The notes under the pieces: generated by a model | Seen by the model: only the letters and a program-made list of their open reading frames with translations | Told to the model about the DNA's origin: nothing | Databases searched by the model: none | Translations under genes and position numbers: made by a program | Part shown: positions 1 to 10,845 of the stretch, piece by piece | Layout of the letters: the number at the start of each line of letters is the position of its first letter | Numbering within the stretch: position 1 is the first letter of the stretch | Assembly: GCA_024278175.1 (NCBI GenBank) | Contig: JAJRTS010000003.1 | Location: 6,679-70,678 of the forward strand | DNA: 64,000 nt | Source: Gemmatimonadales bacterium | Lineage (GTDB): Bacteria; Gemmatimonadota; Glassbacteria; GWA2-58-10 | Reading direction: 5' to 3'

Positions 1-621
1 GGACGCAACAGTTACGAGCTTGTTGACAGCGACACGGCCGAACTGCGCCGCAAAAACGCCGATTTCGTGATTCACTGGTCGATGCCCGTGCGGTTCGAGG
101 AAAAAAAAGGGGACACGGTGTTTGAGATCACCATCAACCCGGTGTTCGGCAGCGATGGCCGGGTTAACCGCCTGGCCGTTTTCAGCCGCGACACCACCGT
201 GCAGAAACGCAAGGAATTGAAGCTGGAAACCGATGAACTGAAATACCGGACCGTGTTCAACCACTTGACCTGCGCCGCCGTGCTGTTCGACAGCGAGGTA
301 GGGATCATCCGCGAGGTCAATAACCAGTTGGAGCGGTTGCTGGAACGGAGCGCAGGCGAGATTACCGGTATGCACTTCAGCGAGCTTTTCTGCGCCGGCT
401 TTCTGCACGACTGCCAGGAAATGCTTGACCGTGCGACAGAGGAAGAAAACCTGTTTGAAACTATCCTGGCCACGATCGAAACCAAAAACGGAGAAAAAAA
501 AGAGGTTATTGTCTCCGTGCGTAATATGTGGATAGCCAACAAATGCTATCTGCTGGCGACTGTCCAGGAGAAGCGTCAACTGGAATCGCTGCTGAAATCA
601 CGCGATAAAAAAAAGCGCTGA
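1..621 (+). CDS. PAS/PAC domain-containing protein, 5'-partial
   Basis: Frame is open from base 1. PAC-like end (INPVFGSDGRVNRLAVFSRDTT) is followed by a PAS domain (YRTVFNHLTCAAVLFD...VNNQLERLL...EITGMHFSELF). No output domain before the stop. Confidence 0.75.
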   Translation, partial: GRNSYELVDSDTAELRRKNADFVIHWSMPVRFEEKKGDTVFEITINPVFGSDGRVNRLAVFSRDTTVQKRKELKLETDELKYRTVFNHLTCAAVLFDSEVGIIREVNNQLERLLERSAGEITGMHFSELFCAGFLHDCQEMLDRATEEENLFETILATIETKNGEKKEVIVSVRNMWIANKCYLLATVQEKRQLESLLKSRDKKKR

Positions 622-695
622 ATCTTTTTGCAATGTTCAGCGCCCTCCTGCAAAAAACGTCACCACTCTCCACTGCCTTCTTGCCCGGGAACAGC

Positions 696-1997
696 TCAGC
701 GGCGGCCTATGTAGCGATCCGCCCACTGCAAATACTTGTCCCAGTCGTAAGCGGTAACGTCGTGCCCACCGCTGCGCAGATGGTAACTCATCCTGCCGAT
801 AACCGGCTGGTTCACTTGCGGCATGGCCGCCGCGGCCAGGGTGTCTCCGCTAAGCAGAAAATAGACCGGGTCCGCGTTCTTGAGTGCCAGGAACTCACCG
901 CGCGGGTCGGCCCAGCGGTCATCCTCGGCGCTGGCCACGTAAACCGGCCGCGGGGCGATCAGCGACAGCAGTAGATGCTGATCCACCGGCAGGCTGTTTT
1001 CCCTACCGTCGTACTGCCTGAAATTTTCGCAGAACCAGTGCGGGAAAGACTCGTTGATCCGGGCCACGGTCTCGCCGAACGCCCTTCTCGATAGCGCCGC
1101 TCCCCCGCAACCGGAGTTGTTGGAGATCACCATCGCAAAGCGCTGATCCTGCGCACCCGCCCATAGCGAGGTCTTGCCCAGCCGTGAATGGCCCAGCACT
1201 GCCACCCGCGCATGGTCGATGTCGCTGTCGGTTTCCAGGTAGTCCATGATCCGGCTCAGGCCCCAGGCCCACGTGCCGATACTGCCCCAGGCGTCCGCCG
1301 CGCGCTGGCCGCCGCCGCCGCGCTTGTCGAAAAGAGCGTGGACGCCGTTGCGGAACCCGTCGTCGAAATCCGGGTCGATATCCCCGTAATAGGCGCTCGC
1401 CACCGCGTAGCCCCTGCGCAGAATAGTCTCGAGCGGCCAGCGCGAAGACGACGTGCCGCGTGCGGCCTCCGTGGCCCTGTTATCGACAATGCCGCTGTCC
1501 TTGCGCGGACGCATCCAGTTGGTGTTGAGAATAATCGCGGGGTCGTCGCTCAGAGTGTGATTGCCGGCGAAATTGAGCCCCAGAATCGCGGGGGCCCCTG
1601 TTTTGCCGCGCTCAGTGGGGATATAGAGCAGAAGGCCCACGCTAAGCTTCTTGCCTCCCTGCCTCAGCTTAATCTCCACCTGTTTGCGCACCGCCAGCCC
1701 ATCGAACGCCTCTCCGCTCTCGACAACGCGATAGCTGACATCCTCGGGGCGACCCGGCGCGTGGCCGTAAACCTGGTCCCGAAACAGTTTCAGTATTTCC
1801 GGCCGCCGCCTGGCGAACCACTGCTGCGAGTCGGCCACGGCGGAGCCATCCAGGCAGACCAGCGCCTCCGGCAGCGTGTAGCGCGGCACTTTGGCCTCGT
1901 TGTAGTTGGCCTCTGCCTCCTGGGCGCGTAGCGCCATGTGAGAGAACAGCAAAGACCCGGCTAACAGGACGGTTAACAATACGCTGAATCGTTTCAT
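696..1997 (-). CDS. Secreted CE15-family glucuronoyl esterase-like (4-O-methyl-glucuronoyl methylesterase)
   Basis: GHSRLGK catalytic Ser motif, SNNSGCGGAALSRR, WAWGLSR and SAEDDRWADPRGEF. Signal peptide from ATG 1997 with GGAGGA RBS upstream. Confidence 0.85.
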   Translation of the reverse strand: MKRFSVLLTVLLAGSLLFSHMALRAQEAEANYNEAKVPRYTLPEALVCLDGSAVADSQQWFARRRPEILKLFRDQVYGHAPGRPEDVSYRVVESGEAFDGLAVRKQVEIKLRQGGKKLSVGLLLYIPTERGKTGAPAILGLNFAGNHTLSDDPAIILNTNWMRPRKDSGIVDNRATEAARGTSSSRWPLETILRRGYAVASAYYGDIDPDFDDGFRNGVHALFDKRGGGGQRAADAWGSIGTWAWGLSRIMDYLETDSDIDHARVAVLGHSRLGKTSLWAGAQDQRFAMVISNNSGCGGAALSRRAFGETVARINESFPHWFCENFRQYDGRENSLPVDQHLLLSLIAPRPVYVASAEDDRWADPRGEFLALKNADPVYFLLSGDTLAAAAMPQVNQPVIGRMSYHLRSGGHDVTAYDWDKYLQWADRYIGRR

Positions 1998-2248
1998 TCT
2001 GCTATCCTCCGAAGATTGTATACAAACATTTCCCGATCTTTTAAATGATAGTCGAATGTTAGCGCCGTGAAGGTTGAAATTCAAGATCATAGCTAATCAA
2101 GAACAACCTGTTGAGCTGCCTTTAAGAGCTTTTATAACTTGAATAAACAACCTGTCAGAAATTGTTACTATTGAGATGCCTGGTATGAAGAAAGTGGAAT
2201 CAGGCAGATTGATTAAATAGTTATTTCTAAATTATACATATAAATCAT

Positions 2249-2286
2249 CAACAAAGGGGGCCGCAGTGATGCGGCCCCCTTTGTTG
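2249..2286. terminator. Intrinsic terminator hairpin downstream of ppdK, potentially bidirectional
   Basis: caacaaagggggccgca-gtga-tgcggccccctttgttg, a perfect 17-bp stem. Confidence 0.85.
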
Positions 2287-2310
2287 TCATATTTCTCTGT
2301 TTCTTCGTGC

Positions 2311-4989
2311 CTACTTCTCCGCCTCAAGCGCGGCGTGGGCCGCCGCCAGCCGCGCGATCGGCACGCGATACGGCGAGCAGGAAACGTAGTTCATCCCGAT
2401 CCGGGCGCAGAACTTGACGCTCCTGGACTCGCCACCGTGCTCGCCGCAGATACCGATCTTGAGATCCTTGCGGGTGCTGCGGCCCCTCTCGATACCCATC
2501 TGCACAAGCTGGCCGATGCCTTCCTGGTCCAGGACCTGGAACGGATCGTCTTCCAGCACGCCGGCGTCAACGTACTGGGGCAGGAACTTGCCCGCGTCGT
2601 CGCGGCTGTAGCCGAAACCCATCTGGGTCAGGTCGTTGGTGCCGAAGCTGAAGAACTGGGCGTGCTCGGCAATCTTGTCGGCCACCAGGCAGGCGCGCGG
2701 AATCTCGATCATCGTGCCCACCAGGTAGTCCACCTCGATGCCCTGCTCCTCGAACACCTTTTTCGCCGTTTCGACAACGACCTCGCGCTGGTTGACAAAC
2801 TCGCCCACCGTGCCGACCAGCGGAATCATCACCTCGGGAAGGCTGGCGATATTTTCTTTCTTGAGCTTGCAGGCGGCCTCGAAAATGGAGCGGGCCTGCA
2901 TGGCGGAAATCTCAGGATAGATCAGGCCCAGACGGCAGCCACGGTGCCCCAGCATCGGGTTGAACTCGTGGAGGCTGTCCACCTTGGCCTTGACCACCTC
3001 GGCGCTCACGCCCATCTCGTCGGCCATCTCCTGCTGGTTCGCTTCCTCGTGGGGCAGGAACTCGTGCAGGGGCGGGTCCAGCAGGCGGATCGTTACCGGC
3101 TTGCCGGCCATGGCCTTGAAGATACCGTAGAAATCATCGCGCTGGTAGGGCAGCAACTTGGCCAGGGCGTGCTCACGGCCTTGCAGGTCGTCGGCCAGGA
3201 TCATCTCGCGTACGGCCTTGATCCGGTCGCCCTCGAAAAACATGTGCTCGGTGCGGCACAGGCCGATTCCCTCGGCGCCGAAGTCGAGAGCGACCCGGCT
3301 GTCCTTGGGGCTGTCGGCGTTGGTGCGCACGCCGATGGTGCGAATCTCATCGGCCCACGACATCAGCGTGCCGAAATCGCCGCTGAGCTTGGGGATAACC
3401 GTGGCCACCCGGCCGGTCATCACCTCGCCCGCGCTGCCGTCGAGTGAAATCCAGTCGCCCTCGGCCACAACCGTGTCGCCGACCGTGAATTTCTTTTTCT
3501 TGTAGTCGATGCTGATGGCGCCGCAACCGGCCACGCAGCATTTGCCCATCCCACGGGCCACCACGGCGGCGTGGCTGGTCATTCCACCCTGCTGGGTCAG
3601 AATGCCCTGGGCCACGTCCATGCCGCCGATATCCTCGGGGCTGGTCTCGATCCGGACCAGGAGCACCTGCTCACCCCTGGCGGTCCACTCCTCGGCGTCT
3701 TCGCTGTGGAACACAACCCGGCCGGAAGCCGCGCCGGGGGAGGCAGGCAGGCCCAAGGCGATCACGTTCCTGACCGCCTTGGGATCGAAGGTGGGGTGCA
3801 GGAGCTGATCCAACTGCTCCGGATCGATCCGGCTGACAGCGGTCTTCCTGTCGATCATGCCCTCGTCCACCATGTCCACGGCAATCTTGATCGCGGCGGC
3901 GGCGGTACGCTTGCCGGTGCGGGTCTGCAACATCCAGAGCTTGTTTTTCTGGATCGTGAACTCGATATCCTGCATGTCCTTGTAGTGCTTCTCGAGCTTG
4001 AGGTAGATTCCCTCGAGGGTCTTGTAGGCCTCGGGCATCACTTCCTCGAGCGTCACCTGGTCAGCGGAGGTCTTGCCGGCTTCGTTGACAGGCTGGGGAG
4101 TGCGGGTACCGGCCACCACGTCCTCGCCCTGGGCATTGATCAGGTACTCGCCGTAGAAACGGTTCTCGCCGGTGGCGGGATCGCGGGTGAACGCCACGCC
4201 CGTACCGGAGTCATCGCCCATGTTACCGTAGACCATGGCCTGCACGTTAACAGCGGTACCCCAGTCTGCGGGGATGCCGTTCAGCTTGCGGTAGCGGATA
4301 GCGCGCGCACCCATCCAGGAGCCGAACACGGCGTCGATGGCGCCCTGCAACTGTTCCCACGGGTCCTCGGGGAACTCCACGTTCAGCCGGTCCTTGATCA
4401 GTTTCTTGAACTCGGCCACCAGCTCCTTGAGGTCGCCAGCCGAGAGTTCAGTGTCGTCCTTAACGTTCAACTGCTTTTTCTTCGCCTTGAGCACGACCTC
4501 GAACGGGTCTTCCTCTTCCTTGCTTTCAGGCTTCATGCCCAGCACCACGTCGCCGTACATCTGCACGAAACGGCGGTAGCTGTCCCAGCCGAAACGCTCG
4601 TTGCCGCTCTGCCTGATCAGGCCGAGAACCGTAGTGTCGTTCAGGCCGAGGTTAAGCACGGTGTCCATCATACCGGGCATCGAAACCCGCGCGCCGGAGC
4701 GAACCGAAACCAGCAGAGGATTGTCCCGGTCGCCGAAGCTGGCGCTCATGCTCTTCTCCACGTTGGCCATCGCGTCGCGGATCTGGGTCTTGAGTTCGGG
4801 CGGATAATTGCGTTCCATCTTGTAATAGACCGTGCACATCTCAGTGGTGATAGTGAACCCGGCGGGCACGGGTACGCCGAGGTTGCTCATCTCGGCCAGG
4901 TTGGCTCCCTTGCCGCCCAGCAGGTTTTTCATGTCGGATTTACCATCGGCCTTGCCATCGCCGAAAGCATACACGTACTTAGCGCTCAT
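2311..4989 (-). CDS. ppdK: Pyruvate, phosphate dikinase
   Basis: [32 protein letters not shown], phospho-His motif [30 protein letters not shown]; 892 aa. Confidence 0.98.
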   Translation of the reverse strand: MSAKYVYAFGDGKADGKSDMKNLLGGKGANLAEMSNLGVPVPAGFTITTEMCTVYYKMERNYPPELKTQIRDAMANVEKSMSASFGDRDNPLLVSVRSGARVSMPGMMDTVLNLGLNDTTVLGLIRQSGNERFGWDSYRRFVQMYGDVVLGMKPESKEEEDPFEVVLKAKKKQLNVKDDTELSAGDLKELVAEFKKLIKDRLNVEFPEDPWEQLQGAIDAVFGSWMGARAIRYRKLNGIPADWGTAVNVQAMVYGNMGDDSGTGVAFTRDPATGENRFYGEYLINAQGEDVVAGTRTPQPVNEAGKTSADQVTLEEVMPEAYKTLEGIYLKLEKHYKDMQDIEFTIQKNKLWMLQTRTGKRTAAAAIKIAVDMVDEGMIDRKTAVSRIDPEQLDQLLHPTFDPKAVRNVIALGLPASPGAASGRVVFHSEDAEEWTARGEQVLLVRIETSPEDIGGMDVAQGILTQQGGMTSHAAVVARGMGKCCVAGCGAISIDYKKKKFTVGDTVVAEGDWISLDGSAGEVMTGRVATVIPKLSGDFGTLMSWADEIRTIGVRTNADSPKDSRVALDFGAEGIGLCRTEHMFFEGDRIKAVREMILADDLQGREHALAKLLPYQRDDFYGIFKAMAGKPVTIRLLDPPLHEFLPHEEANQQEMADEMGVSAEVVKAKVDSLHEFNPMLGHRGCRLGLIYPEISAMQARSIFEAACKLKKENIASLPEVMIPLVGTVGEFVNQREVVVETAKKVFEEQGIEVDYLVGTMIEIPRACLVADKIAEHAQFFSFGTNDLTQMGFGYSRDDAGKFLPQYVDAGVLEDDPFQVLDQEGIGQLVQMGIERGRSTRKDLKIGICGEHGGESRSVKFCARIGMNYVSCSPYRVPIARLAAAHAALEAEK

Positions 4990-5077
4990 CAGTTTCCTCC
5001 GAAACGTCTGTTGGTTATAAAATTTTCATCCCGGATAATACAGCTTGGTGTTATGGCGAATCAGACAGCCGAACCGC

Positions 5078-6559
5078 TCAGGCTGTCCCATCATCGAGCA
5101 GCGAGGGTTGGAAATCCTCGTGCATCGTTTTCTGAAAGTTTTTCTCGAATGGAACCGCGTAGTTGCCGTTGAAACAGGCCTTGCAGTACTGGTCGCCGTC
5201 GAGAGCGCCCAGCGCATCGAGCCCTTGCTCGCTCAGGTAACCCAGGCTGTCGACACCCAGGTAGGTCTTTATCTCGTCAACCGTATGGCTGTTGCCGATC
5301 AATTCGCTGCGCGTGGGCATGTCGATCCCGTAGAAGCAGGGGAACTTGATCGGCGGGCTGGAAATCCGCATGTGGACTTCGCGTGCGCCGGCCTGACGGA
5401 TCATTTTCATCAGGCGGCGGCTGGTGGTTCCACGTACTATCGAGTCGTCAACCACCACCACGCTGCGTCCCTTGAGCACGCTACGCACCGGGTTATACTT
5501 GATCCTGGTGTTGATATCGCGGATGGACTGGCTGGGGTGGATGAACGTGCGACCCACGTAATGGTTGCGGATCAGCCCCAGTTCGAGCGCGATACCGCTC
5601 TCCTCGCTGAAACCCAGCGCCGCGGAGTTGCTGCTGTCCGGGACCGAAATAACAATATCGGCTCCCGGCACCGGGTGTTCCCGGGCCAGAACGCGTCCGA
5701 ACAGGCGGCGAATCCGGTCCACGTCGTAACCGAATACCTTCGAATCCGGGCGCGAGAAATAAATCAACTCGAAAATGCATTGCTGGGCCTGTTTGCTGGG
5801 GAACTGTTTGAACCCCCGGAGGCCTTTATCGTCGATCCTCACGACTTCTCCAGGCTCGACATCCCGCACGTACTCTGCGTTGATCAGATCAAGCGCGCAG
5901 GTCTCGCTGCTGACCACCCACCCCTCGCCCAACCGGCCGATTGACAGGGGACGGTAGCCGTAGGGGTCCCGGGCGGCATAGAGCGTATCGTTGATCAGCA
6001 GCACCAGGCAGTACGCGCCTTTGACGTGCACCAGCGCATCCGCGATTTTATCCACCGGGTCATCGAACGAACTGCGCGCGATCAGATGCAGGATCACTTC
6101 CGTATCGGTGGTGGACTGGAAAAGCGATCCCTGAACCTCCAGTTCCCGGCGCAGCTCACGCGTATTGACCAGGTTACCGTTATGGCCGATAGCGATAAAG
6201 CCGTCCTTGAAGGCGCTTGTCAGTGGCTGAACGTTGTAGCGGGAACCGCTGCCGGTGGTGCTGTAGCGGTTGTGGCCGATCGCAACCCGGCCCTTGAGGG
6301 ATTCGAGCACCTGGGTGTCACTGAAAATATCGCTGACCAGACCGGTGTCGCGATGGACGTGGAACTGACTTCCATCGGCGGAGACAATCCCGGCGCTCTC
6401 CTGGCCTCTATGCTGAAGAGCGTACAGGCCGTAATAGGTCAGTTCGGCGGCGTTGGGAAGATTATATGCACCGAAAATTCCGCAATACTCCCTGAGCCGG
6501 TCCTTTTGAGAACGAGGACAACCCCGACAACCACCCTTCACTGGTGTGACATCTTCCAT
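5078..6559 (-). CDS. purF: Amidophosphoribosyltransferase
   Basis: Propeptide followed by CGIFG, LQHRGQESAGI, GHNRYST, PRPP motif VVVDDSIVRGTT, and Fe-S cysteines (PCFYGID, YCKACF). Start is 6559 or 6601. Confidence 0.96.
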   Translation of the reverse strand: MEDVTPVKGGCRGCPRSQKDRLREYCGIFGAYNLPNAAELTYYGLYALQHRGQESAGIVSADGSQFHVHRDTGLVSDIFSDTQVLESLKGRVAIGHNRYSTTGSGSRYNVQPLTSAFKDGFIAIGHNGNLVNTRELRRELEVQGSLFQSTTDTEVILHLIARSSFDDPVDKIADALVHVKGAYCLVLLINDTLYAARDPYGYRPLSIGRLGEGWVVSSETCALDLINAEYVRDVEPGEVVRIDDKGLRGFKQFPSKQAQQCIFELIYFSRPDSKVFGYDVDRIRRLFGRVLAREHPVPGADIVISVPDSSNSAALGFSEESGIALELGLIRNHYVGRTFIHPSQSIRDINTRIKYNPVRSVLKGRSVVVVDDSIVRGTTSRRLMKMIRQAGAREVHMRISSPPIKFPCFYGIDMPTRSELIGNSHTVDEIKTYLGVDSLGYLSEQGLDALGALDGDQYCKACFNGNYAVPFEKNFQKTMHEDFQPSLLDDGTA

Positions 6560-6979
6560 CACGGATAAAACCCACCGGGCTGCAAAAGGATATATGCTCA
6601 CACCGCCTTGCCAGGCGGCAGTTTGCCAACGAATAATCTTCAGCCCGCATCATTCACAAAAATATCGCCCCATTTTAATAACTTCCGGCCATGAAGCGAG
6701 TTAACACGGAATTGCGTTGTCCGTAGAAAACGGTTTTTTATGCCAAAGAAAACAAGCCTGCACTTATTTTCCCTTCGGCTCGCCTGCTTTGTCCGAAAAT
6801 AGCGGCCTCAATGACGTGGATTGCGACAGTGGCGGCAACCGCGGCGCCACTGCTTCCTTGCTTTTGCAACAAATCAGGCTTCGTGAATAATACGGGTTTA
6901 GACTTGTAAAATACAAAAAACCACATGTTTGGGCAAGGGGTTTGTTTCCTGTGACCAGCGCTGCGGTAACACGGCCGCG

Positions 6980-7720
6980 TCAGCCCGAATTCTTATCCGG
7001 CAAGTGGCTGACCGCGCCCAGAAGGATAGCGCGGAGCATCCCCCAGCTGGCGTAGATGAATGCGAAGGGGAACAGCAGGGTTTTCCAGAAGTAGACCATA
7101 CTAAACATAAAAACGGCGCCGGCCAGCAGGCCAAACTTCCCGCCAATCGTGCCCAGGTTGATCCGCGGTGCAACGGGATACTCCACGTTGCTGACCATCA
7201 GCCCGGCCAGAATCAGCATCATCGATACAAGAAAACGGCTGTAATTCACATCGAAGAAAAGAGCGTTGAACAGCGGGCCGCTGCTGAACGGGACAAAACT
7301 GATCAGGCAGCCCGCGGCCATCGGTATCGGCAGGCCCTTGAACTTGCGCTTGCCTGCGCCGGTGGCTTCAACGTTGAACCGCGCCAGCCTCAGCGCACCG
7401 CAGAGCAGGAACAGGAAGCTGATCAGCCAGGACCATTCTCCCCGGCCGGAGAGGAAGAAGTGGTACATGATAATCCCGGGGGCGATCCCGAACGAGGAGA
7501 GGTCGGCCAGGGAGTCCAGCTCCATCCCGAAACGGCTTTCCGTATTGCTGAAAAAAGCCACCTTACCGTCGATAAAATCCAGCAGTCCGGCAAGGACGAT
7601 CAACCAGCAGGCAAATTCAATATCGCCGCGGGTAGCGGAAATTATCGCAAAAAAACCGCAGAAGATATTGCCGGCGGTAAACGCGCTGGGCAGGATCATG
7701 CCCTTGTTCGATATTTTCAT
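6980..7720 (-). CDS. pssA: CDP-diacylglycerol--serine O-phosphatidyltransferase
   Basis: CDP-alcohol phosphotransferase motif DFIDGKVA...FGMELDSLADLSSFGIAP, LRLARFNV, FKGLPIP. Coupled to psd. Confidence 0.9.
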   Translation of the reverse strand: MKISNKGMILPSAFTAGNIFCGFFAIISATRGDIEFACWLIVLAGLLDFIDGKVAFFSNTESRFGMELDSLADLSSFGIAPGIIMYHFFLSGRGEWSWLISFLFLLCGALRLARFNVEATGAGKRKFKGLPIPMAAGCLISFVPFSSGPLFNALFFDVNYSRFLVSMMLILAGLMVSNVEYPVAPRINLGTIGGKFGLLAGAVFMFSMVYFWKTLLFPFAFIYASWGMLRAILLGAVSHLPDKNSG

Positions 7721-8397
7721 TTATACTCCGCCAGTACGGTTTCTCCTGCTTTTACCCTGTCACCTTCGCCTACTTTCCAAACAGCAGTGTCGGCAGGGAG
7801 GAACACTTCGACCCGGCTGCCGAAGCGGATCATCCCGAATCGCTCTCCGGCTGCAAGGCTGTCACCCGGCTCAACCCGGCAGACGATCCGCCGGGCGATC
7901 AGTCCGGCGATCTGACGCACCAGCACCTTGCCGCGCCCTGCGGACTCGAACCCGATTGTCATCGCCTCGTTGCCCTTGCTGGCCTTGTCCAGGCTGGCGT
8001 TGAAAAACTTACCCGGACGGTAGCTGCGGTAGCCCACCACGCCGGCGAGCGGGGCGCGATTGACATGGACGTCAAAAACGTTCATGAAGATACTCAGCTT
8101 TTCGGCCGGTCCGTTCAGGTATTGCGCCTGCTCCACCTGTTCAATAGCCAGCACCAGCCCATCGGCGGGGCTGATCAGCAGCTTATCGCCGGCGGGTGTT
8201 TCGCGCTGCGGGTCACGGAAGAAATAGAGGCTGAACACTGTCAGCAGCACGAACAGCATGGCCACTGCCAGCAGGACGCTCCTGAGCCATGAAGGCAGGG
8301 CGCCGCAGTAAGCGCCGAACAGCGCTGCCGCCAGAAACAGAACATGTCCGCCGACAAACGAAAGAATAATAGGAATGCCTTCCCGGGCAATGGGCAT
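7717..8397 (-). CDS. psd: Phosphatidylserine decarboxylase proenzyme
   Basis: FFRDPQR, SPADG, SIFMNVFDVHVNRAP, QIAGLIARRIVC and the autocleavage motif IRFGSRV. Confidence 0.95.
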   Translation of the reverse strand: MPIAREGIPIILSFVGGHVLFLAAALFGAYCGALPSWLRSVLLAVAMLFVLLTVFSLYFFRDPQRETPAGDKLLISPADGLVLAIEQVEQAQYLNGPAEKLSIFMNVFDVHVNRAPLAGVVGYRSYRPGKFFNASLDKASKGNEAMTIGFESAGRGKVLVRQIAGLIARRIVCRVEPGDSLAAGERFGMIRFGSRVEVFLPADTAVWKVGEGDRVKAGETVLAEYK

Positions 8398-8412
8398 ATC
8401 GGTAAAGTGTCC

Positions 8413-9318
8413 TTATTTAACTTCGTCGCCGGTGATCATCCTGAAAGCCTTGCGATACAAATCGCTCATGTAGTCTACCACCTCAGCGGGCAACTCCGGG
8501 GCGGGCGGGGTTTTGTCCCACTTGCCTTCATCGGTCAGCTTCTGCAGCCAGTCGCGCAGAGGCTGCTTGTCGAAACCCTGCTGGTCCTTGCCCGGCTCGT
8601 ACTCGTCGATCATCCAGAACCGGCTGCTGTCGGGCGTGAAAATCTCGTCGATCAGCATCAGATGCCCGTCCAGCAGGCCGAACTCGAACTTGGTGTCCGC
8701 GATCAACATCCCGCGCGTGGCGGCATAGTCGGAAGCCTTTTTAAACAGGGCGAAAGAGGTCTCGATGATGCTCTCCGAGAGCCCCCGGCCGATCATGTTT
8801 TTCATCCTGCCGATCGAGATGTTCTCGTCGTGGCCGCTCTCGGCTTTGATCGCGGGGGTGAACATCGGCGTATCCAGCTTCTGGCTCTTGACCATGCCGG
8901 CAGGCATCTTCACCTCGGCCACAGTGCCGCGCTCGGTGTACTCGCTCCAGGCGCTGCCGGCCACGTAGGCGCGCACAACGCACTCCACCGGGATAGTCTC
9001 GGTCCTGGTGGCCAGCAGGCTGCGGCCCTCGAGCACCTGCTCATGGCCGGCCAGCCCGGGCAGTTTTTTTACCATCTCGGCCACGTCGGTGGTGACCACG
9101 TGGTTGCGGACGATATCTTTCGTCATCTCGAACCAGAACGAACTGACCTGATTGAGCACTTTACCCTTATCCGGTATCCCGCCGGGCATCACCACGTCGA
9201 ACGCGCTGATACGGTCGGTGACCACCAGCAGAAGGTAGTCGTCAAGCTCGTAGCAGTCGCGCACCTTACCCCGGCGAAAAGTGCCTACACCGAGATCCGT
9301 CTCTCTGATTATATCCAT
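8413..9318 (-). CDS. purC: SAICAR synthetase
   Basis: RGKVRDCY, TDRISAFDVV, ECVVRAY, ADTKFEFG, DEIFTPDSSRFW, FDKQPLRDW. Confidence 0.97.
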   Translation of the reverse strand: MDIIRETDLGVGTFRRGKVRDCYELDDYLLLVVTDRISAFDVVMPGGIPDKGKVLNQVSSFWFEMTKDIVRNHVVTTDVAEMVKKLPGLAGHEQVLEGRSLLATRTETIPVECVVRAYVAGSAWSEYTERGTVAEVKMPAGMVKSQKLDTPMFTPAIKAESGHDENISIGRMKNMIGRGLSESIIETSFALFKKASDYAATRGMLIADTKFEFGLLDGHLMLIDEIFTPDSSRFWMIDEYEPGKDQQGFDKQPLRDWLQKLTDEGKWDKTPPAPELPAEVVDYMSDLYRKAFRMITGDEVK

Positions 9319-9422
9319 TGCAAATCCCCTCTATACAATCTGATATGTGTGTCATATCAAGTTATACTGTAATTAATCAGCGGATGAAGTTCAGCCTCGT
9401 TCCCGCAGCCACCGCGCCTCCT

Positions 9423-10724
9423 TCAGTCCAGCAGGCCCACCCGGCCGAAGATGTAATCGACATTGCGGGTGTGGGTCTCGATGCTGAACAGTTCCTCCAG
9501 CTCGGCGGCGGAAAGCAGAGCCGTGACCTCGCTGTCGGCCTTGAGCGTGTCCAGAAAGTCAAGCTCCTCTTTCCAGACCTTCATGGCGTTGCGCTGCACC
9601 ACCCGGTAGCCGTCCTCGCGGCTCATCCCTTTCTCGGCCAGGGCAATCAGCACCCGCTGGGAGTAGATCAGTCCGTGCAGGCGGTTCAGGTTTTTCTCCA
9701 TGTTTTCCGGGTAGACCAGCAGCTTGTCCACCAGAGAGCCGAACTTGCGCAGCATGTAGAGCACGGTCATCGTGCTGTCGGGCAGGATAACCCGTTCCAC
9801 GCTGCTGTGGCTGATATCGCGCTCGTGCCACAGCGCCTGGTTCTCCAGCGCCGCCAGGCTGTTGCCGCGCACCAACCTGGCCATGCCGCTCAGGCGCTCG
9901 CAGATAATCGGGTTACGCTTGTGGGGCATGGCGCTGGAACCTTTCTGCCCCTTGCTGAAAAACTCCTCGGCCTCCAGCACCTCGGTGCGCTGAAGGTGTC
10001 TGATCTCGACAGCGAATTTTTCGATGGAGCCGGCCAGCACGGCCAGGGCGGTCATGTACTGGGCGTGGACGTCGCGCTGGACGATCTGGTTGCTGGTCCT
10101 GGCGGCCTGGAGGTCCAGTTTCTCGCAGACGTAGAGTTCCACCTGCGGGTCAAGATGGGCGAACGTACCCACGGCGCCGCTGAGCTTGCCGGTTGCGGCC
10201 ACTTTAACCGCCGCGGCGAACTGGCTGCGGCGGCGGGTGAGCTCATCGTACCACAGCGCCAGCTTCAGCCCGAACGTAACCGGCTCGGCGTGAATCCCGT
10301 GGCTGCGGCCCATCATCAGCGTGTCCTTGTGCTCCAGGGCGCGTTTTTTTACAGCGGGAAGCACTTTCTCATCGAGCTCGCTCAGGATTAACTCGCCAGC
10401 CTGTTTCATCTGCAACGCCAGGGCGGTGTCGAGCAGGTCGCTGGAGGTCATCCCCAAGTGGATATAGCGCGCGTCGGGGCCCACGTACTCGGCCACGTTG
10501 GTCAGGAACGCGATCACGTCGTGCTTGACCTCTTCCTCGATCTCCAGGATTCGCCCGGTATCAAACGCGGCTTTTTCGCGGATGGTTTTAACCGCGGACT
10601 CGGGCACGCGGCCCAGAGTAGCCAGGGCCTCGCAGGCCAGGATTTCGATCTCCAGCCAGTGGCCGAAGCGGGCCTCATCGCTCCAGAGGGCTTCCATCTC
10701 GGGCAAAGAATAGCGTGGTATCAT
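9423..10724 (-). CDS. purB: Adenylosuccinate lyase
   Basis: MIPRYS start, KHDVIAF, GRSHGIHAEP, fumarase-family signature GSSAMPHKRNP, WHERDISHSSVER. Confidence 0.97.
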   Translation of the reverse strand: MIPRYSLPEMEALWSDEARFGHWLEIEILACEALATLGRVPESAVKTIREKAAFDTGRILEIEEEVKHDVIAFLTNVAEYVGPDARYIHLGMTSSDLLDTALALQMKQAGELILSELDEKVLPAVKKRALEHKDTLMMGRSHGIHAEPVTFGLKLALWYDELTRRRSQFAAAVKVAATGKLSGAVGTFAHLDPQVELYVCEKLDLQAARTSNQIVQRDVHAQYMTALAVLAGSIEKFAVEIRHLQRTEVLEAEEFFSKGQKGSSAMPHKRNPIICERLSGMARLVRGNSLAALENQALWHERDISHSSVERVILPDSTMTVLYMLRKFGSLVDKLLVYPENMEKNLNRLHGLIYSQRVLIALAEKGMSREDGYRVVQRNAMKVWKEELDFLDTLKADSEVTALLSAAELEELFSIETHTRNVDYIFGRVGLLD

Positions 10725-10845
10725 CGGCGCCTGTTTTCTTCCATGATAGTGTTTCTTAAAGATTAACCGCACAAGTGTGAGAGGGGAAAATAATAGCCGC
10801 CACGAGCTATCGCAATTCAAATCGAATTTTTTTACCTGGGGGCTT

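Noticed and set aside
101-108. Poly-A runs in the PAS gene (also 494-502 and 607-613) as phase-variation or frameshift sites
   Set aside because: They encode Lys/Glu in an intact frame, and no alternative-frame continuation was evident.
3571-5172. 533-aa plus-strand ORF, and similar long shadow ORFs such as 10777-12345, 16574-18097, 34997-36280, 42728-44062, 47065-48543 and 62079-63521
   Set aside because: Each is antisense to a clearly identified gene and has no motifs. Long stop-free antisense frames are expected with GC-rich codon usage.
6560-6979. Possible ZTP or purine riboswitch upstream of purF
   Set aside because: Only a partial gccgcctgg-like stretch is present; the conserved 5' elements of ZTP, guanine or PRPP riboswitches could not be found.
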